NCBI GenBank assembly: GCA_002269645.1
Contig: NIVC01000307.1
Coordinates: 248,001-312,000, forward strand
Reading direction: 5' to 3'
DNA length: 64,000 bases
DNA from: Macrostomum lignano
Taxonomy: Eukaryota
The notes under the pieces were generated by a model. It was given only the letters and a program-made list of their open reading frames with translations. It searched no databases and was not told the DNA's origin. How positions within the stretch are numbered: position 1 is the stretch's first letter; the number at the start of each line of letters is the position of its first letter. Positions 1 to 14,300 of the stretch are shown one piece after another. The position numbers were made by a program, and so were the translations under genes.

Positions 1-487
1 ATAAAATTTCAATGGCGGTAAAGGCCCGTATTGCGCAGTGCATGTTTCTGTGTATTTGGGTATATTTTTATTTATATCTTCTGTGCAAATCCAGCTCTAC
101 AAATTCAATGGGCCGCGGCTGCAAGCAAGGCTTAAAAGAGAATATTTTATTTGATCAAAGTGAAAAACCTGCGCATTTAAAGCCATCGGGTGCTGTCGTG
201 TTGTTTGTGTCTCAACCTTCCATCCAATCCTTTTATCACCAATTGAATTCTTGCGTCTTTTTTTCTGCTGCCCTCTCGTCTGCGTTCTCTATAAATTATA
301 AAAATAACATTTCCGTTCTGCACTCGCATTGAACCTGAGGCTTTTTTGGCGGCAGCGGGCTTAATTGCTGGTCTCTTTAACCTGCTTTGTAGGTTTTTTG
401 CAAATTGGAATGCCTTGGTTTAGTCGGGAAGAACTGGCCAGATTTTAGGTTCTGGGTTCTGGGTTAGGTCTCTAGGTTGTCAACTAG

Positions 488-629
488 TTATACAGTTAAT
501 GAGCTAGTTAGTTGTTTGGTTGGTTAGATAGCTATTTAGTTAGTTAGTCAGATGGCTAGTTAATTAGTTAGTCAGTCAGTTAGTTAGTTAGTTAGTCAGT
601 TAGTTAGTTAGTTAGTTAGTTAGTCAGTC

Positions 630-670
<41 letters not shown>

Positions 671-753
671 CAATAGTTAATTAGTTAGTCAGTTAGTTAG
701 TTAGTTAGTTAGTTAGTTAATTAGTTAGTTAGTTAGTTAGTTTAGTCAGTTAA

Positions 754-850
<97 letters not shown>

Positions 851-851
851 C

Positions 852-888
<37 letters not shown>

Positions 889-927
889 AGTCAGTTAATT
901 AGTTAGTTAGTTAGTTAGTTAGTTAGC

Positions 928-972
<45 letters not shown>

Positions 973-1030
973 GTTAGTTAGTCATTCAGTCAGTTAGTCA
1001 GACAGTCAGCTAGTTAGTAAGTTAGTTACT
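488..1030 (+). repeat. (TTAG)n microsatellite, probably intronic in the AKAP1-like gene
   Basis: Long GTTA/TTAG run with occasional GTCA variants. Confidence 0.97.
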
Positions 1031-1354
1031 AATCTGGTTAGTGAAAGTTAGTCAAGACCTTGATAAGCACAGTTTGTTCAAATTAATATGAAATGGTTGC
1101 TGAACATCATTATTCTGTGCAAACAAAATTATCTTAATGCTCCAGAAAGTATCCACAAGGGCATTTCATTCTCGTTAGTCACGTGTTCTTGCAAAAAACG
1201 CTATAGAATCCCAGGCTTGGGAAATGCAGAAGGCTGGAATGCAAAATGCGATATATGCGTTGTACTTTTGTGCGCAGAAGAAAGAAAGCGTAGTGTAATT
1301 TGCTTTTGTCTAGGAAAGAAAAAACAATTAAATCTTTATTTGATTATCTGGAAA

Positions 1355-1718
1355 CTGCTAGGGAAGCTAGTGGAGGACAGTTGCTAGGGAAGCTAGTGGG
1401 TGGACAGTTGCTAGGGAAGCTAGTGGGTGGACAGTTGCTAGGGAAGCTAGTGGGTGGACAGTTGCTAGGGAAGCTAGTGGGTGGACAGTTGCTAGGGAAG
1501 CTAGTGGGTGGACAGTTGCTAGGGAAGCTAGTGGGTGGACAGTTGCTAGGGAAGCTAGTGGGTGGACAGTTGCTAGGGAAGCTAGTGGGTGGACAGTTGC
1601 TAGGGAAGCTAGTGGGTGGACAGTTGCTAGGGAAGCTAGTGGGTGGACAGTTGCTAGGGAAGCTAGTGGGTGGACAGTTGCTAGGGAAGCTAGTGGGTGG
1701 ACTGTTGCTAGGGAAGCC
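1355..1718 (+). repeat. 27-bp minisatellite (TTGCTAGGGAAGCTAGTGGGTGGACAG), about 13 copies
   Basis: Period 27; source of the LLGKLVGGQ repeat ORF. Ends about 80 nt before the acceptor at 1797. Confidence 0.95.
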
Positions 1719-1797
1719 CACTGTGGTCAGAAAAGGTGTTGCGCCAGTCACCAGGGTGCCCACAACCATCCTGCGATTATTATTATTACCCCCGCAG

Positions 1798-2110
1798 CAC
1801 GGAGATGATGCACCTGCCTTTCCAAGCAGTCGAAGGCCATCTGGCTTACGTGTCGCCCATCTTGACCGATGACGAGGACCCAGACTCTCAGCTGGAACAG
1901 CTGAGCCGCATTCTGCACGAGCGCTACCTGACAGGCAAGCGTATCAAGGCGCAGGTGGTGTACTTTAATGACGTCAGCCAGCCTTGTGTCTACCTGTACA
2001 CTAAGGATGTCCAGTCTGACAGCTGGCACTTCCTGCAGGAGGACCTGGTTCGGGACGGCCTGGCCCAGTGGTTCCAGATGCCTCATCCGCAGCCGCAGAT
2101 GCCGCAATAA
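1798..2110 (+). CDS. AKAP1: Terminal coding exon of an AKAP1/spoonbill-like KH-Tudor protein (upstream exons outside the window)
   Basis: Acceptor ccccgcag|c at 1797/1798 (phase 2). STEMMHLPFQAVEGHLAYVSP...KAQVVYFNDVSQPCVYLY...QEDLVRDGLAQW resembles the AKAP1 C-terminus as recalled (SDFVTLPFQGAEVLLDSV...LAQVTSY...NRSLVERGLAQW). TAA at 2108-2110, AATAAA at 2135-2140. Another extended-Tudor protein cannot be excluded. Confidence 0.75.
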
Positions 2111-5100
2111 AAAAACTTGTTTGAGTTTTTTGATAATAAAAAGTGTCTATCAATATCGTTGGACGTTGTGGGTGTTTTGCGTTTCCTAATTTATGAAAGC
2201 TGAATGATAAAATTTGTTTTTTTTATATTGTTGTCATTAATACTACTGTTATTAGTATCCCGTTGTGTTTGCGCATTTTTTGTACTACTGTTGATGTCTT
2301 CTATTGTCATTGTCATTATAGTCCTGTTGTGTTCAAAGCAAAATCCGAGGTTTCCCCGAGTCCCGGGAACTCAATATTATCAATTTAAAATTCAACCGCA
2401 AAAACATTGATTACCTGTCTAATCCTCGGGTTTTGGTTCAGTTATTGAGAATTTTTTCAATATAATATTGCAGTTTATACTAATAAATCATTTATATGTT
2501 TATTTATTGCTAAGAATTATGTAATACGCATTTTGTGTGTGTTTTTTGCTTTTTACTGGTTTTTTCGTTTGTTTCTGGTCTCGGTTTTTTCTTTGTTGCG
2601 TTTCTGTTTACGGGTTATTTCCAGTTCGCCCTGCTATTGGCGAAAGTTCTGGTTTGTTGGTTTTACCTGCGTATCGCTCAATTTATTAACATTATGTCAT
2701 TAATCACTGCTTAGTAACAATGCATATTTATATATTGCTTTGCTTTGTGCGCCATGGCTACACACTTTATTAACCTGTAGCCAATTATATTAAAGTAAGA
2801 CTCACTCATGCATAAAATATAAATCGGATAACTTGGATATTTTGGCTAAAATGTGTACTTTTTGTCATTTTTTAACCTTCTTTCGATCTGGACTCGTTAC
2901 TCTTTGTTGCCTGAAAAAGGTTTATTTATTTCATTAATTTCACCGTAATTCACAACATCTTTTAAATCTACTAATATCTGTAAACTGCACAATATCTATA
3001 TTTATATTTCTGAAGTTTTCATAACCGGTTCAAAGTCTTATCGCGCAAAACATTTTTTGTGTCATTTATTGCCAGTTAAAATTTGCATCTTTATTTATAT
3101 TTTTTGCAATTGCGATTGAATTAATTTTTTTGCTTATTGAATCTTAATATAATTGTCTATTTTTAATAGTTTCCATTGTTCTCGATTTATATGGTTTTAT
3201 GTCTATTACTGACTTGTCTTACGAGTACTTATTACTGGTTATAAAAATCTGGGTATTTAAATTTAATAATCTAAATCAAACAAAGATCAGTTTTGTTATA
3301 AAACGAACGACCACTCGCTTCATCAATTTAGAAAAGTTAATGTATTAAAATTTGTTATTTTGTTAGTTTAAAGTGTTTTCTTATCCGCAAACTAGCACTT
3401 TATATTAGATTTACCGTGTCGTGAAGTTCTATCAATCATTGTTGGTTTTTTTATTACAATAAACTTCAAATTATGAACTGTTTTTGTCAGCGCATTTTTA
3501 CCGTTTGATTTTTTTACAGTCAGGTAAATTTATTTAGACATTATTGTCCTCTTGTCTACTAGCCTACATTCATTCTTTAAATTGTTTTTGTTTGTTTTGC
3601 AATACGAGCGTCTATGGGTCAAGTTTTTAGGTTCTGAATTAAAATATATATTTATAAAATGCTACTTTTAGCTCATTTAAATTAAAAAAGCTTTGGGTTT
3701 TGTGGCCTTTTTAAAGCAGTTTGAATATTTTTAATACTAACCATCTCTGTCCATTTTGTTATTGTTATTTTGGTTTTCCCAGCAGTCTTCGTGTTTTCCC
3801 TAACGCATATTATTCAGTTGTGCATTCAAGTTCAGCAGTTTGCGTTTAACTATTGTTTTTCCTTGTTAATAAATATAATATTTTCTGTTCTTAAGTAACA
3901 ATATTTTTGTTTCCAACAACAAGTTTTTTAACCATACCGCATATTATAATGTATTGTCATTTTCGGTGCATTGTTGTCCATATTTTATTTAATGTAACTT
4001 TCGCACAGCTTATTTTTATAGTTGGTCAATTTATAAAATATTTTTTTATTACCACTGACTACTATATTGTTGCAGCTTGAGCTCGTATAGCTTCGAATTA
4101 TTGTAATTTGTCATTGTCACGTGGTATGTCTAAAACACCCCCGTATATTTTGAATAAGCGTCAGAAAGAAAGTACGATGCGTCTTTTTCTAATAAAAATA
4201 AATCAGATTTTGAAGCTAATAGCTGTAATCCTATAATAAATAAGCACTTTTTCAATAATTTAAATATATATCCATTTCTTCTGCGCACCATTTTTTAAAA
4301 GTGTTTGTTCAAGTGTTCAATATTAATAGCTGTTACACTCAAATATATAATCATTTTCTGGAATTTCCCATTTGTTATTTGCTTATAAGTACGTGTCATG
4401 TACTTACAAAAATGACGGAGCCTTATCTATAATTTATGTATTTATCAATAATAAACTTTTCAATGGATGCATGAATGAAATCATTTATGATAAAATTAAT
4501 TTCTGGGCATAAATAACACAATAGCTATACAAAAAGATTCAAGAAAATGAAATACACGTAAGGGAAAGTGGCGCGGTAGCGTAGCAGAATAATCAAATCC
4601 TATCTCGATGAACATGTAGGTCTTCACAGCCCTTGGTAGGATATTAGGAAAATGGGGATCTTATCTCGACTGGAGCCTCTAGAATGAAATTGAATTATGG
4701 AAAAATGGACGACCAAAATTATTTAACAATAAAGTCATTTGGAGTAGGACTAACACTGTACGTCGTATTGTATATACATCATGGCGTATTCGTCAAGTCG
4801 CAGGAATACTCTGATAGGACATTAAATTTAAAAAAAATACGATCCATTTTTAACAGAAGAAATGTTTTATGCAGAACAGTATTGTTAACAAACAATATTT
4901 GAAAAGGAAAAAAGATATTTTGTTATTGCGGCTTATTGTTTATTTACGATGATAGTGCACGTTTTTAACATGATTTCACTATGCTTTTTTGTTATCGCGA
5001 CTGGGCCGACTTGTCCTAGAAAAGTAGTAGAGTTGTAACGAAAGTTAATGCAATCAGGGACTCTAATGTTTAGCGCAATCTTATTATTACTTTTTTAAAT

Positions 5101-5257
5101 TAAAGTGTTGTTTAAAAATAATACTTTTTCGTCACTGTGTGTTTTGCTGCTTTATTATTTTGAATTGGATTAGATTTTAATTTAGATTTAGACTTAGAGG
5201 TTTTTTAACCTGGATCAGCTCCTTAATATTTAACTTAAAGTTTTTTTTAAAATAAAC

Positions 5258-5317
5258 ATGAAGGACTCCTATCACACAAAGATTATCGCTACTATTTTGG
5301 AACCCATATCACAACAG
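5258..5317 (+). CDS. VCL: Vinculin exon 1 (MKDSYHTKIIATILEPISQQ), missed by the ORF track
   Basis: Matches the vinculin N-terminus pattern FHTxTIxxILEPVAQQ; donor CAG|GTATGA. Confidence 0.9.
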
Positions 5318-8300
5318 GTATGAATTTTTTAATCTTTGAAGTATAAAACAAATATAAAGCATTATTTTTTAATTTGTTGCATAAACCTACCCTAACAAAA
5401 CTAAAATTAACTTAAAACTTAAGCATTAACTTACTCTTGCATACTCAATGGTCAATGGTGGCTTATAGGGCTATATTTTCCATTGTAATTTATTATAAAA
5501 TTGATTAGTATTGTAAGAGCTATGCTTTTACTATCATGGTTCAATAAGTAATATTTGACATTTTCTGTTTCTAACTGCATCAGGATTGAAATGTTTTAAT
5601 GCACTTCTTAAAAAATAGGCTATTAATTTAATTTATATTGGGACTATATTTTTAACATCTTGTTTATAATTATAATTTATAGTTATAAACCTATCACTAT
5701 TTTAAAATTTATCAATGTATTAAATTAAAGTGTTATTGCTTATAATTAGAAGAATTATAAATATATTTATTATAATTTAAAACTTTGCATTTATATTATT
5801 AGCTTTGCTATTCTTTTTAATAAGATATAGAGTATTACATAAAGAATTAAAAATTAATCTTCAATTAAATAATATTGATCTAATTCTAGAGCTAAAAATA
5901 AGAGGATAAGCATCTTTGGGCCTTTTCATATTGCTTGTTATGGTTCCAGAACCAGAACCAATTTGTGAAGTATAACTTTTTGTCTCCATAACTAGAGGGA
6001 GATACGTGCTATAAAGTTTTTATTATTGAATGACAATCGCCAAGAAGAAAGTGAAAAATTGTGCTAAGTTAGGTTGTTAAGGCAGTCTAATATTAACAGA
6101 GTTTAATAGTTATACTGCTGTTTTTCTTGGAATTCCGAACCAATTCTGGTTCTGGAATTGGTAATATGAAAAGGCCCTTTAAAAATTTTTTGACTATAGA
6201 AAGGCTATTAGTAGTTCAAAAATATTAAATTTGATGTTTTGTTTTATTAATAAAAATTGTTTTGCACTGGATCTGAATATGTTTAGAAATATCTAATGGT
6301 AAGTAGATTAATCAAATAATCTTATTAACTATTGATCTCTTATGCATTATAAGAGGATAAAATATTACTTTCAAATTAGTTCAAATATTTTCAATTCTAA
6401 TATTCTTAACCACAAATCAACCTACAATTTATTATAGCTAACAAATTATTTTTTTTAGTTGACACATAGTTGCAATTAGAATTGTTGTTGCTAAGGCCAA
6501 ATATTTGTTTTAAAAAGCTTACCAATAAATTGCATCTATATAGGTATTGTAAATGTCTATTTTATGCATTGATCCTATATCATTCTGTCTATATGCATAT
6601 TTCTTTCTGCCAGTCAGTCAATCAATCATTCTGTCTGTCTGTCTGTCTGTCTCAGTGTCCAAGCCCCGCCCCACCCTGCTCAGATCTCCAACCTGATAGT
6701 CCTATATGAGTCCAGCTCAGATGGTCGCTGCCTGCTGGACCTTCGCGGTCCCGTGGCCGCCGTAGATGAAGCCGTCCAGCGGTTGATTCAAGTCGGCCAG
6801 GACACTGCAGCCAGCTCCAACGATCAGCGGCTAAACAAGCAGCTGACTGCCAGCCTTCAGCGGGTGCCGCAGTCCAGTCGACTGCTTAAAGAGGCGGCTG
6901 AAATGTTCGTGCGCGACCCCAGCTCGGCCGAGGCTAAGCTGAAATTGGTGGAAGGTTCGCGAGGAATTCTGCAGGTAATTTTCTACTCTTTACCTGTGTC
7001 TTTGCTACTGTTCTGTGGATAGATTTAGTCTAGTGTAGCTATAACCTGTAGATAGATCTAGTCTAGTGTAGCTATAACCTGTAGATAGATCTAGTCTAGT
7101 GTAGCTATAACCTGTAGATAGATCTAGTCTAGTGTAGCTATAACCTGTAGATAGATCTAGTCTAGTGTAGCTATAACCTGTAGATAGATCTAGTCTAGTG
7201 TAGCTATAACCTGTAGATAGATCTAGTCTAGTGTAGCTATAACCTGTAGATAGATCTAGTCTAGTGTAGCTATAACCTGTAGATAGATCTAGTCTAGTGT
7301 AGCTATAACCTGTAGATAGATCTAGTCTAGTGTAGCTATAACCTGTTGATAGATCTAGTCTAGTGTAGCTATAACCTGTAGATAGATCTAGTCTAGTGTA
7401 GCTATAACCTGTAGATAGATCTAGTCTAGTGTAGCTATAACCTGTAGATAGATCTAGTCTAGTGTAGCTATAACCTGTAGATAGATCTAGTCTAGTGTAG
7501 CTATAACCTGTAGATAGATCTAGTCTTGTGTAGCTATAACCTGTAGATAGATCTAGTCTTGTGTAGCTATAACCTGTAGATAGATCTAGTCTAGTGTAGC
7601 TATAACCTGTAGATAGATCTAGTCTAGTGTAGCTATAACCTGTAGATAGATCTAGTCTAGTGTAGCTATAACCTGTAGATAGATCTAGTCTTGTGTAGCT
7701 ATAACCTGTAGATAGATCTAGTCTTGTGTAGCTATAACCTGTAGATAGATCTAGTCTAGTGTAGCTATAACCTGTAGATAGATCTAGTCTAGTGTAGCTA
7801 TAACCTGTAGATAGATCTAATCTAGTGTAGCTATAACCTGTAGATAGATCTAGTCTAGTGTAGCTATAACCTGTAGATAGATCTAGTCTAGTGTAGCTAT
7901 AACCTGTAGATAGATCTAGTCTAGTGTAGCTATAACCTGTAGATAGATCTATTCTAGTGTAGCTATAATTCTGTGATTGGATCTAGTCTCGCTATATAGA
8001 CTCCAAAGCTCATAAATAATTTCGCTTGACAACCTCTTATCTTCCTACCGCAGGGCACTCACGAAATTTTGCTAGCCTGGGACGAATCTGAGGTGCGAAA
8101 AATTGTTGTCAATTGTCGCCTGCTGATTGACAGGCTGCAGCCAGTGTGCGGCATGGAGACTGAGGAACATCTGGTGCACTTTATACAGGTCAGTCAGGTT
8201 TGGTGAAGAGCGATAGTTTTCTGCTAAATTGACTGTGTCTCCCTCTCAGCCCCTGTGTCTCCCTCTCAGCCCCTGTGTCTCCCTCTCAGCCCCTGTGTCT

Positions 8301-11300
8301 CCCTCTCAGCCCCTGTGTCTCCCTCTCAGCCCCTGTGTCTCCCTCTCAGCCCCTGTGTCTCCCTCTCAGCCCCTGTGTCTCCCTCTCAGCCCCTGTGTCT
8401 CCCTCTCAGCCCCTGTGTCTCCCTCTCAGCCCCTGTGTCTCCCTCTCAGCCCCTGTGTCTCCCTCTCAGCCCATGTGTCTCCCTCTCAGCCCCTGTGTCT
8501 CCCTCTCAGCCCCTGTGTCTCCCTCTCAGCCCCTGTGTCTCCCTCTCAGACCCTGTGTCTCCCTCTCAGCCCCTGTGTCTCCCTCTCAGCCCCTGTGTCT
8601 CCCTCTCAGCCCCTGCGTCTCCCTCTCAGCCCCTGTGTCTCCCTCTCAGCCTCTGTGTCTCCCTCTCAGCCCCTGTGTCTCCCTCTCAGCCCCTGTGTCT
8701 CCCTCTCAGCCCCTGTGTCTCCCTCTCAGCCCCTGTGTCTCCCTCTCAGCTTCTGTGTCTCCCTCTCAGCCCCTGTGTCTCCCTCTCAGCCCCTGTGTCT
8801 CCCTCTCAGCCCCTGTGTCTCACTCAACCCCTGTGTCTCACTCAGCCCCTGTGTCTCCCTCTCAGCCCCTGTGTCCCTCTCAGCCCCTGTGTCTCACTCA
8901 ACCCCTGTGTCTCACTCAGCCCCTGTGTCTCCCTATCAGCCCCTGTGTCTCACTCAACCCCTGTGTCTCCCTCTCAGCCCCTGTGTCTCCCTCTCAGCCC
9001 CAGTCTCCCCCTCTCAGTCTCCCCTCTCAGTCTCCCCTCTCTGTCTCTCTTCTCAGTCTCTCCTCTAATTCTCTCCTCTCAGTCACCCTCTCAGTCTCCC
9101 AATTTCAATTTCCCAATAGTGTCTTCATCTCAGCCATTCGAGAAAGCTTTGGGTGTACTATATATCGATGGATTGATTTATTCCCACATTGCTGCTTTGC
9201 AGCCAAATTTCTTATATTAAAGATTAAATATAAGCCTGCTTACTTTAAACCTAATCTTATAAAATTCAATTAAGTAAGGCATTTTCTAAGAAGAGAAAGT
9301 GTCTAGAAAAAGCTTAGATACTACGAATTAGACTCTAGCATTGCTCTAATAGTTAAGATAATACAATAAATTCAAATTAAGCGAGCCTCCTTATCTGTGT
9401 GGGAACTGCAATCTAATATAATACAATAAGAACGCGGGCCCGGATATCGCATTTCTTCTTTTACGGTTTTTTCTTCAGTTTATCTCTGTGTACAGAGCAA
9501 AACTGTGCGACAGACACTGAAATATTTAGTCGCAGTCAGGGAGGAAGGAGTGCCTGCTTGCCTGGCAAATGATGACTGTTGTCGTTTTTCCGCTTTCTAA
9601 ATACTGCCCCGCCTCCTCTCTGTGTGCCAGTCTCTTTCGCTCTGTACATTTGTCCCCGAACTGTGCTGTACTGTAAACGCTATTTCAGTTCGGGCGGGAT
9701 AGCAGGCTTGAATTCTGCATTTCAACTTTTATTTTTAAGGCACCGACATAAACTGGACAAGTCGTGAATCTATAAATGTTTTAACTGTTTCAAAATTACT
9801 CATTAAAACTATTTTATGAATAATTAACCAGTTTTAGACAAAGACCAACTGGTAGACCGAATTTGATTAAAACTGCCTGAGAGAGTGAGAGAGGGAGAGA
9901 TTGGGAGGGAGGAGATTGAGGAGATTGAGAGTGAGGAGATTGAGAGGGAGGAGATTGAGAGGGAGGAGATTGAGGAGATTGAGAGTGAGGAGATTGAGAG
10001 TGAGGAGATTGAGAGTGAGGAGATTGAGAGTGAGGAGATTGAGAGGGAGGAGATTGAGAGTGAGGAGATTGAGAGTGAGGAGATTGAGAGTGAGATTGAG
10101 AGTGAGGAGATTGAGGAGATTGAGAGGGAGGAGATTGTGAGTGAGGAGATTGAGAGTGAGGAGATTGAGAGTGAGGAGATTGAGAGTGAGGAGATTGAGA
10201 GTGAGGAGATTGAGAGGGAGGAGATTGAGAGTGAGGAGATTGAGAGTGAGGAGATTGAGAGTGAGGAGATTGAGAGGGAGGAGATTGAGAGGGAGGAGAT
10301 TGAGAGTGAGGAGATTGAGAGTGAGGAGATTGAGAGGGAGGAGATTGAGAGTGAGGAGATTGAGAGTGAGGAGATTGAGAGTGAGGAGATTGAGAGTGAG
10401 GAGATTGAGAGTGAGGAGATTGAGAGTGAGGAGATTGAGAGTGAGGAGATTGAGAGTGAGGAGATTGAGAGTGAGGAGATTGAGAGTGAGGAGATTGAGA
10501 GTAAGGAGATTGAGAGTGAGGAGATTGAGAGTGAGGAGATTGAGAGTGAGGAGATTGAGAGGGAGGAGATTGAGAGGGAGGAGATTGAGAGTGAGGAGAT
10601 TGAGAGTGAGGAGATTGAGAGTAAGGAGATTGAGAGTGAGGAGATTGAGAGGGAGGAGATTGTGAGTGAGGAGATTGAGAGTGAGGAGATTGAGAGTGAG
10701 GAGATTGAGAGTGAGGAGATTGAGAGGGAGGAGATTGAGAGTGAGGAGATTGAGAGGGAGGAGATTGAGAGTGAGGAGATTGAGAGTGAGGAGATTGAGA
10801 GGGAGGAGATTGAGAGGGAGGAGATTGAGAGTGAGTAGATTGAGAGTAAGGAGATTGAGAGTGAGGAGATTGAGAGTGAGATTGAGAGTGAGGAGATTGA
10901 GGAGATTGAGAGGGAGGAGATTGTGAGTGAGGAGATTGAGAGTGAGGAGATTGAGAGTGAGGAGATTGAGAGTGAGGAGATTGAGAGTGAGGAGATTGAG
11001 AGGGAGGAGATTGAGAGGGAGGAGATTGAGAGTGAGGAGATTGAGAGTGAGGAGATTGAGAGTGAGGAGATTGAGAGTAAGGAGATTGAGAGTGAGGAGA
11101 TTGAGAGTGAGGAGATTGAGAGTGAGGAGATTGAGAGTGAGGAGATTGAGGGAGGAGATTGAGAGGGAGGAGATTGAGGGAGGAGATTGAGGGAGGAGAT
11201 TGAGAGGGAGGAGATTGAGAGGGAGGAGATTGAGGGAGAGGAGATTGAGAGGGAGGAGATTGAGAGTGAGGAGATTGAGAGGGAGGAGATTGAGAGGGAG

Positions 11301-14300
11301 GAGATTGAGGGAGGAGATTGAGAGGGAGGAGATTGAGAGGGAGGGGATTGAGAGGGAGGAGATTGAGAGTGAGGAGATTGAGAGTGAGGAGATTGAGAGG
11401 GAGGAGATTGAGAGTGAGGAGATTGAGAGTGAGGAGATTGAGAGTGAGGAGATTGAGAGTGAGGAGATTGAGGGAGGAGATTGAGAGTGAGGAGATTGAG
11501 AGGGAGGAGATTGAGAGGGAGGAGATTGAGGGAGGAGATTGAGGGAGGAGATTGAGAGGGAGGAGATTGAGAGGGAGGAGATTGAGGGAGAGGAGATTGA
11601 GAGGGAGGAGATTGAGAGTGAGGAGATTGAGAGGGAGGAGATTGAGAGGGAGGAGATTGAGGGAGGAGATTGAGAGTGAGGAGATTGAGAGGGAGGAGAT
11701 TGAGAGGGAGGAGATTGAGGGAGGAGATTGAGAGGGAGGAGATTGAGAGGGAGGGGATTGAGAGGGAGGAGATTGAGGGAGGAGATTGAGAGGGAGGGGA
11801 TTGAGAGGGAGGGGATTGAGAGGGAGGAGATTGAGAGGGAGGGGATTGAGAGGGAGGGGATTGAGAGGGAGAGACTGAGAGGGAGAGATTGAGAGGGAGG
11901 AGATTGAGGGAGGAGATTGAGGGAGAGGAGATTGAGAGGGAGGAGATTGAGAGGGAGAGATTGAGAGGGAGAGGCTGAGAGGAGACTGAGAGGGAGACAC
12001 CGGGAGGAGGAGACTAAGAGAAAGATTCAACTGCGCCCCATCGCATCACAGGAGGACCTGAACGTGCTGCTGCCCCGAGTGAACCAGGCAGTCCTGGGCC
12101 GGGCCAACGAGCTGCTAGACGAAGAGGAGAGAGACTTTCTAGTTGGCGAGATTGACCGCCTGCCAGCGCTGATTGAAGAGCTGCTGTCTGAATTGAAACT
12201 GCGCCTAATTCTACTGCTAACCAGTGAGTAGTATGGCAGGAATATATTGGAATCTCTCTGATGTTAGAAGGCTGGAAATTCCTGAATTTTCGAGGGGGGT
12301 TTGAAGGCTGAAAACTCCCCATAACTTTAAGAGGTTTGAATTTTGGGAATTCCCCATAACTTAAAGGGTTTAAATTTTGGGAATTCCCTATAACTTTAAG
12401 AGGTTTGACTTTTGGGAATTCCCCATAACTTTAGGAGTTTTTAATTTTGGAAATCCCCATAACTTTAAAAAATGTTTGAATTTTAGAAATTACCCATAAC
12501 TATAAGGGGTTTGAATTTTGGGAATTCCCCATTGTGTTAAGAGATTTGCATTTTGGGAATTCCCCATAACTTTAAAGAGTTTGAATTTTGGGAATTCCCC
12601 ATAACTTTAAAGGGTTTGAATTTTGGGAATTCCCCATAACTTTAAAAGATTTGAATTTTGGGAATTCCCCATAACTTTAAGAGGTTTCAATTTTGAGAAT
12701 TCCCCATTCTGATAGATTCGAATTCCCTGACAATTGCATGGGTTAAAAACTGGCAATTCAGTAACTTCCATGCTCAAAATATCTCAAGGAATTGTCCCAT
12801 GAAATTCCCAACAAATTTCAAGAGATTTAGTTATCCTTAATTAATTCCCTCCGCAGAATCCAACGCTATAAAAGAGGTCACGGACAACATCGCGCTGACG
12901 GTGGACAAGATCACAGCCCTGCTTTTAGACGTCATTGACATGCTGCTGTACCACGCCATCGCCTCTGACCGGCAGCGACTATTGCGTCTGCTGAAGCAGG
13001 GTCTCCAACAGGTTCGCGCCGTTGCCAATGGTGACGACCCGTCTGGTACCGATTCGGCAGACCTGAGCGACTTCGGTGCTCAGCTGCGCGACTGCCTGGT
13101 CGAGTGCGGCTGGCTGGACAGACCGGGCATCGACCAGCTGCACCAGGAGCTGGTGTCCACTATGGACAGTCTGTGCCACAGCGTGAGGGACCGCCTGCCG
13201 GATCAAACTGAGTCTTTACTGGCTCAGGTTGAGAGACAGGTAATTTTTTTCCTTTTCGATACATATCGGTAGATTTGTTAGCTTACCATAGATTACCATA
13301 GAATAGAATTTTTATAGCACCGATGTTCGCCACTAAATTACCCCTAGAATACCCTAGAATCAACCCTAAGCTACCCCTAGAATCTACCCTAAACTACCCT
13401 CTAGAATCAACCCTAAACTACCCCTTGAATCTACCCTAAACTACCCTCTAGAATCAACACTAAACTATCCCTTTTATCGATCCTAAACTACCCTCTAGAA
13501 TCCACCCTAAACTACTCCTAGAATCAACCCTAAACTATTTTTTAAGTCGACTCTAAACTACCCCTAGAATCAACCCTAAACTACTCCTAGAATTGACCCT
13601 AAACTACCCCTTGAATCGAACCTAAACTACCCCTAAAAGCGACTCTAAAACACCTGCAGAATCGCCCCTAAACCACATGCTGATTCGCCCCTTAACCAAC
13701 TGCAGAATCGCCCCTAAACCACCTGCAGAATCGCCCCTTAACCAACTGCAGAATCGCCCCTAAACCACTTGCAGAATCGCCTCTTAACCACCTGCAGAAT
13801 CGCCCCTAAACCAACTGCAGAATCGCACCTAAACCACCTGCAGAATCGCCCCTAAACCACCTGCAGAATCGCCCCTAAACCACCTGCAGAATCGCCCCTA
13901 AACCACCTGCAGAATCGCCCCTTAACCAACTGCAGAATCACCCCTTAACCAACTGCAGAATCGCCCCTTAACCAACTGCAGAATCGCCCCTAAACCACCT
14001 GCGAATCGCCCCTAAACCAACTGCAGAATCGCCTATTAACCAACTGCAGAATCGCCCCTAAACCACCTGCAGAATCGCCCCTAAACCACCTGCAGAATCG
14101 CCCCTAATCCACCTGCAGAATCGCCCCTAATCCACCTGCAGAATCGCCCCTAAACCACCTGCAGAATCGCCCCTAAACCACCTGCAGAATCGCCCCTTAA
14201 CCACCTGCAGAATCGCCCCTAACCCCACTGCAGAATCGCCCTGCAGAATCGCCCCTAAATCACCTGCAGATTGCATAATCGCCCCTCTATCACACTTAAT

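Noticed and set aside
12-4902. Short ORFs in AT-rich sequence (12-332, 1088-1387, 2204-2410, 4684-4902)
   Set aside because: AT-rich composition unlike most true exons here, no family resemblance and no supporting splice pattern.
8229-12030. Long ORFs (279-738 aa) such as SEEIE, RRLRV, SQSPH and PLCLPLS repeats
   Set aside because: They are translations of 20-bp and 15-bp minisatellites inside vinculin intron 3, open in several frames and on both strands.
13325-13640. Telomere-like AACCCTAAAC motif
   Set aside because: Embedded in 23-bp units, not a contiguous TTAGGG or TTTAGGG tract.
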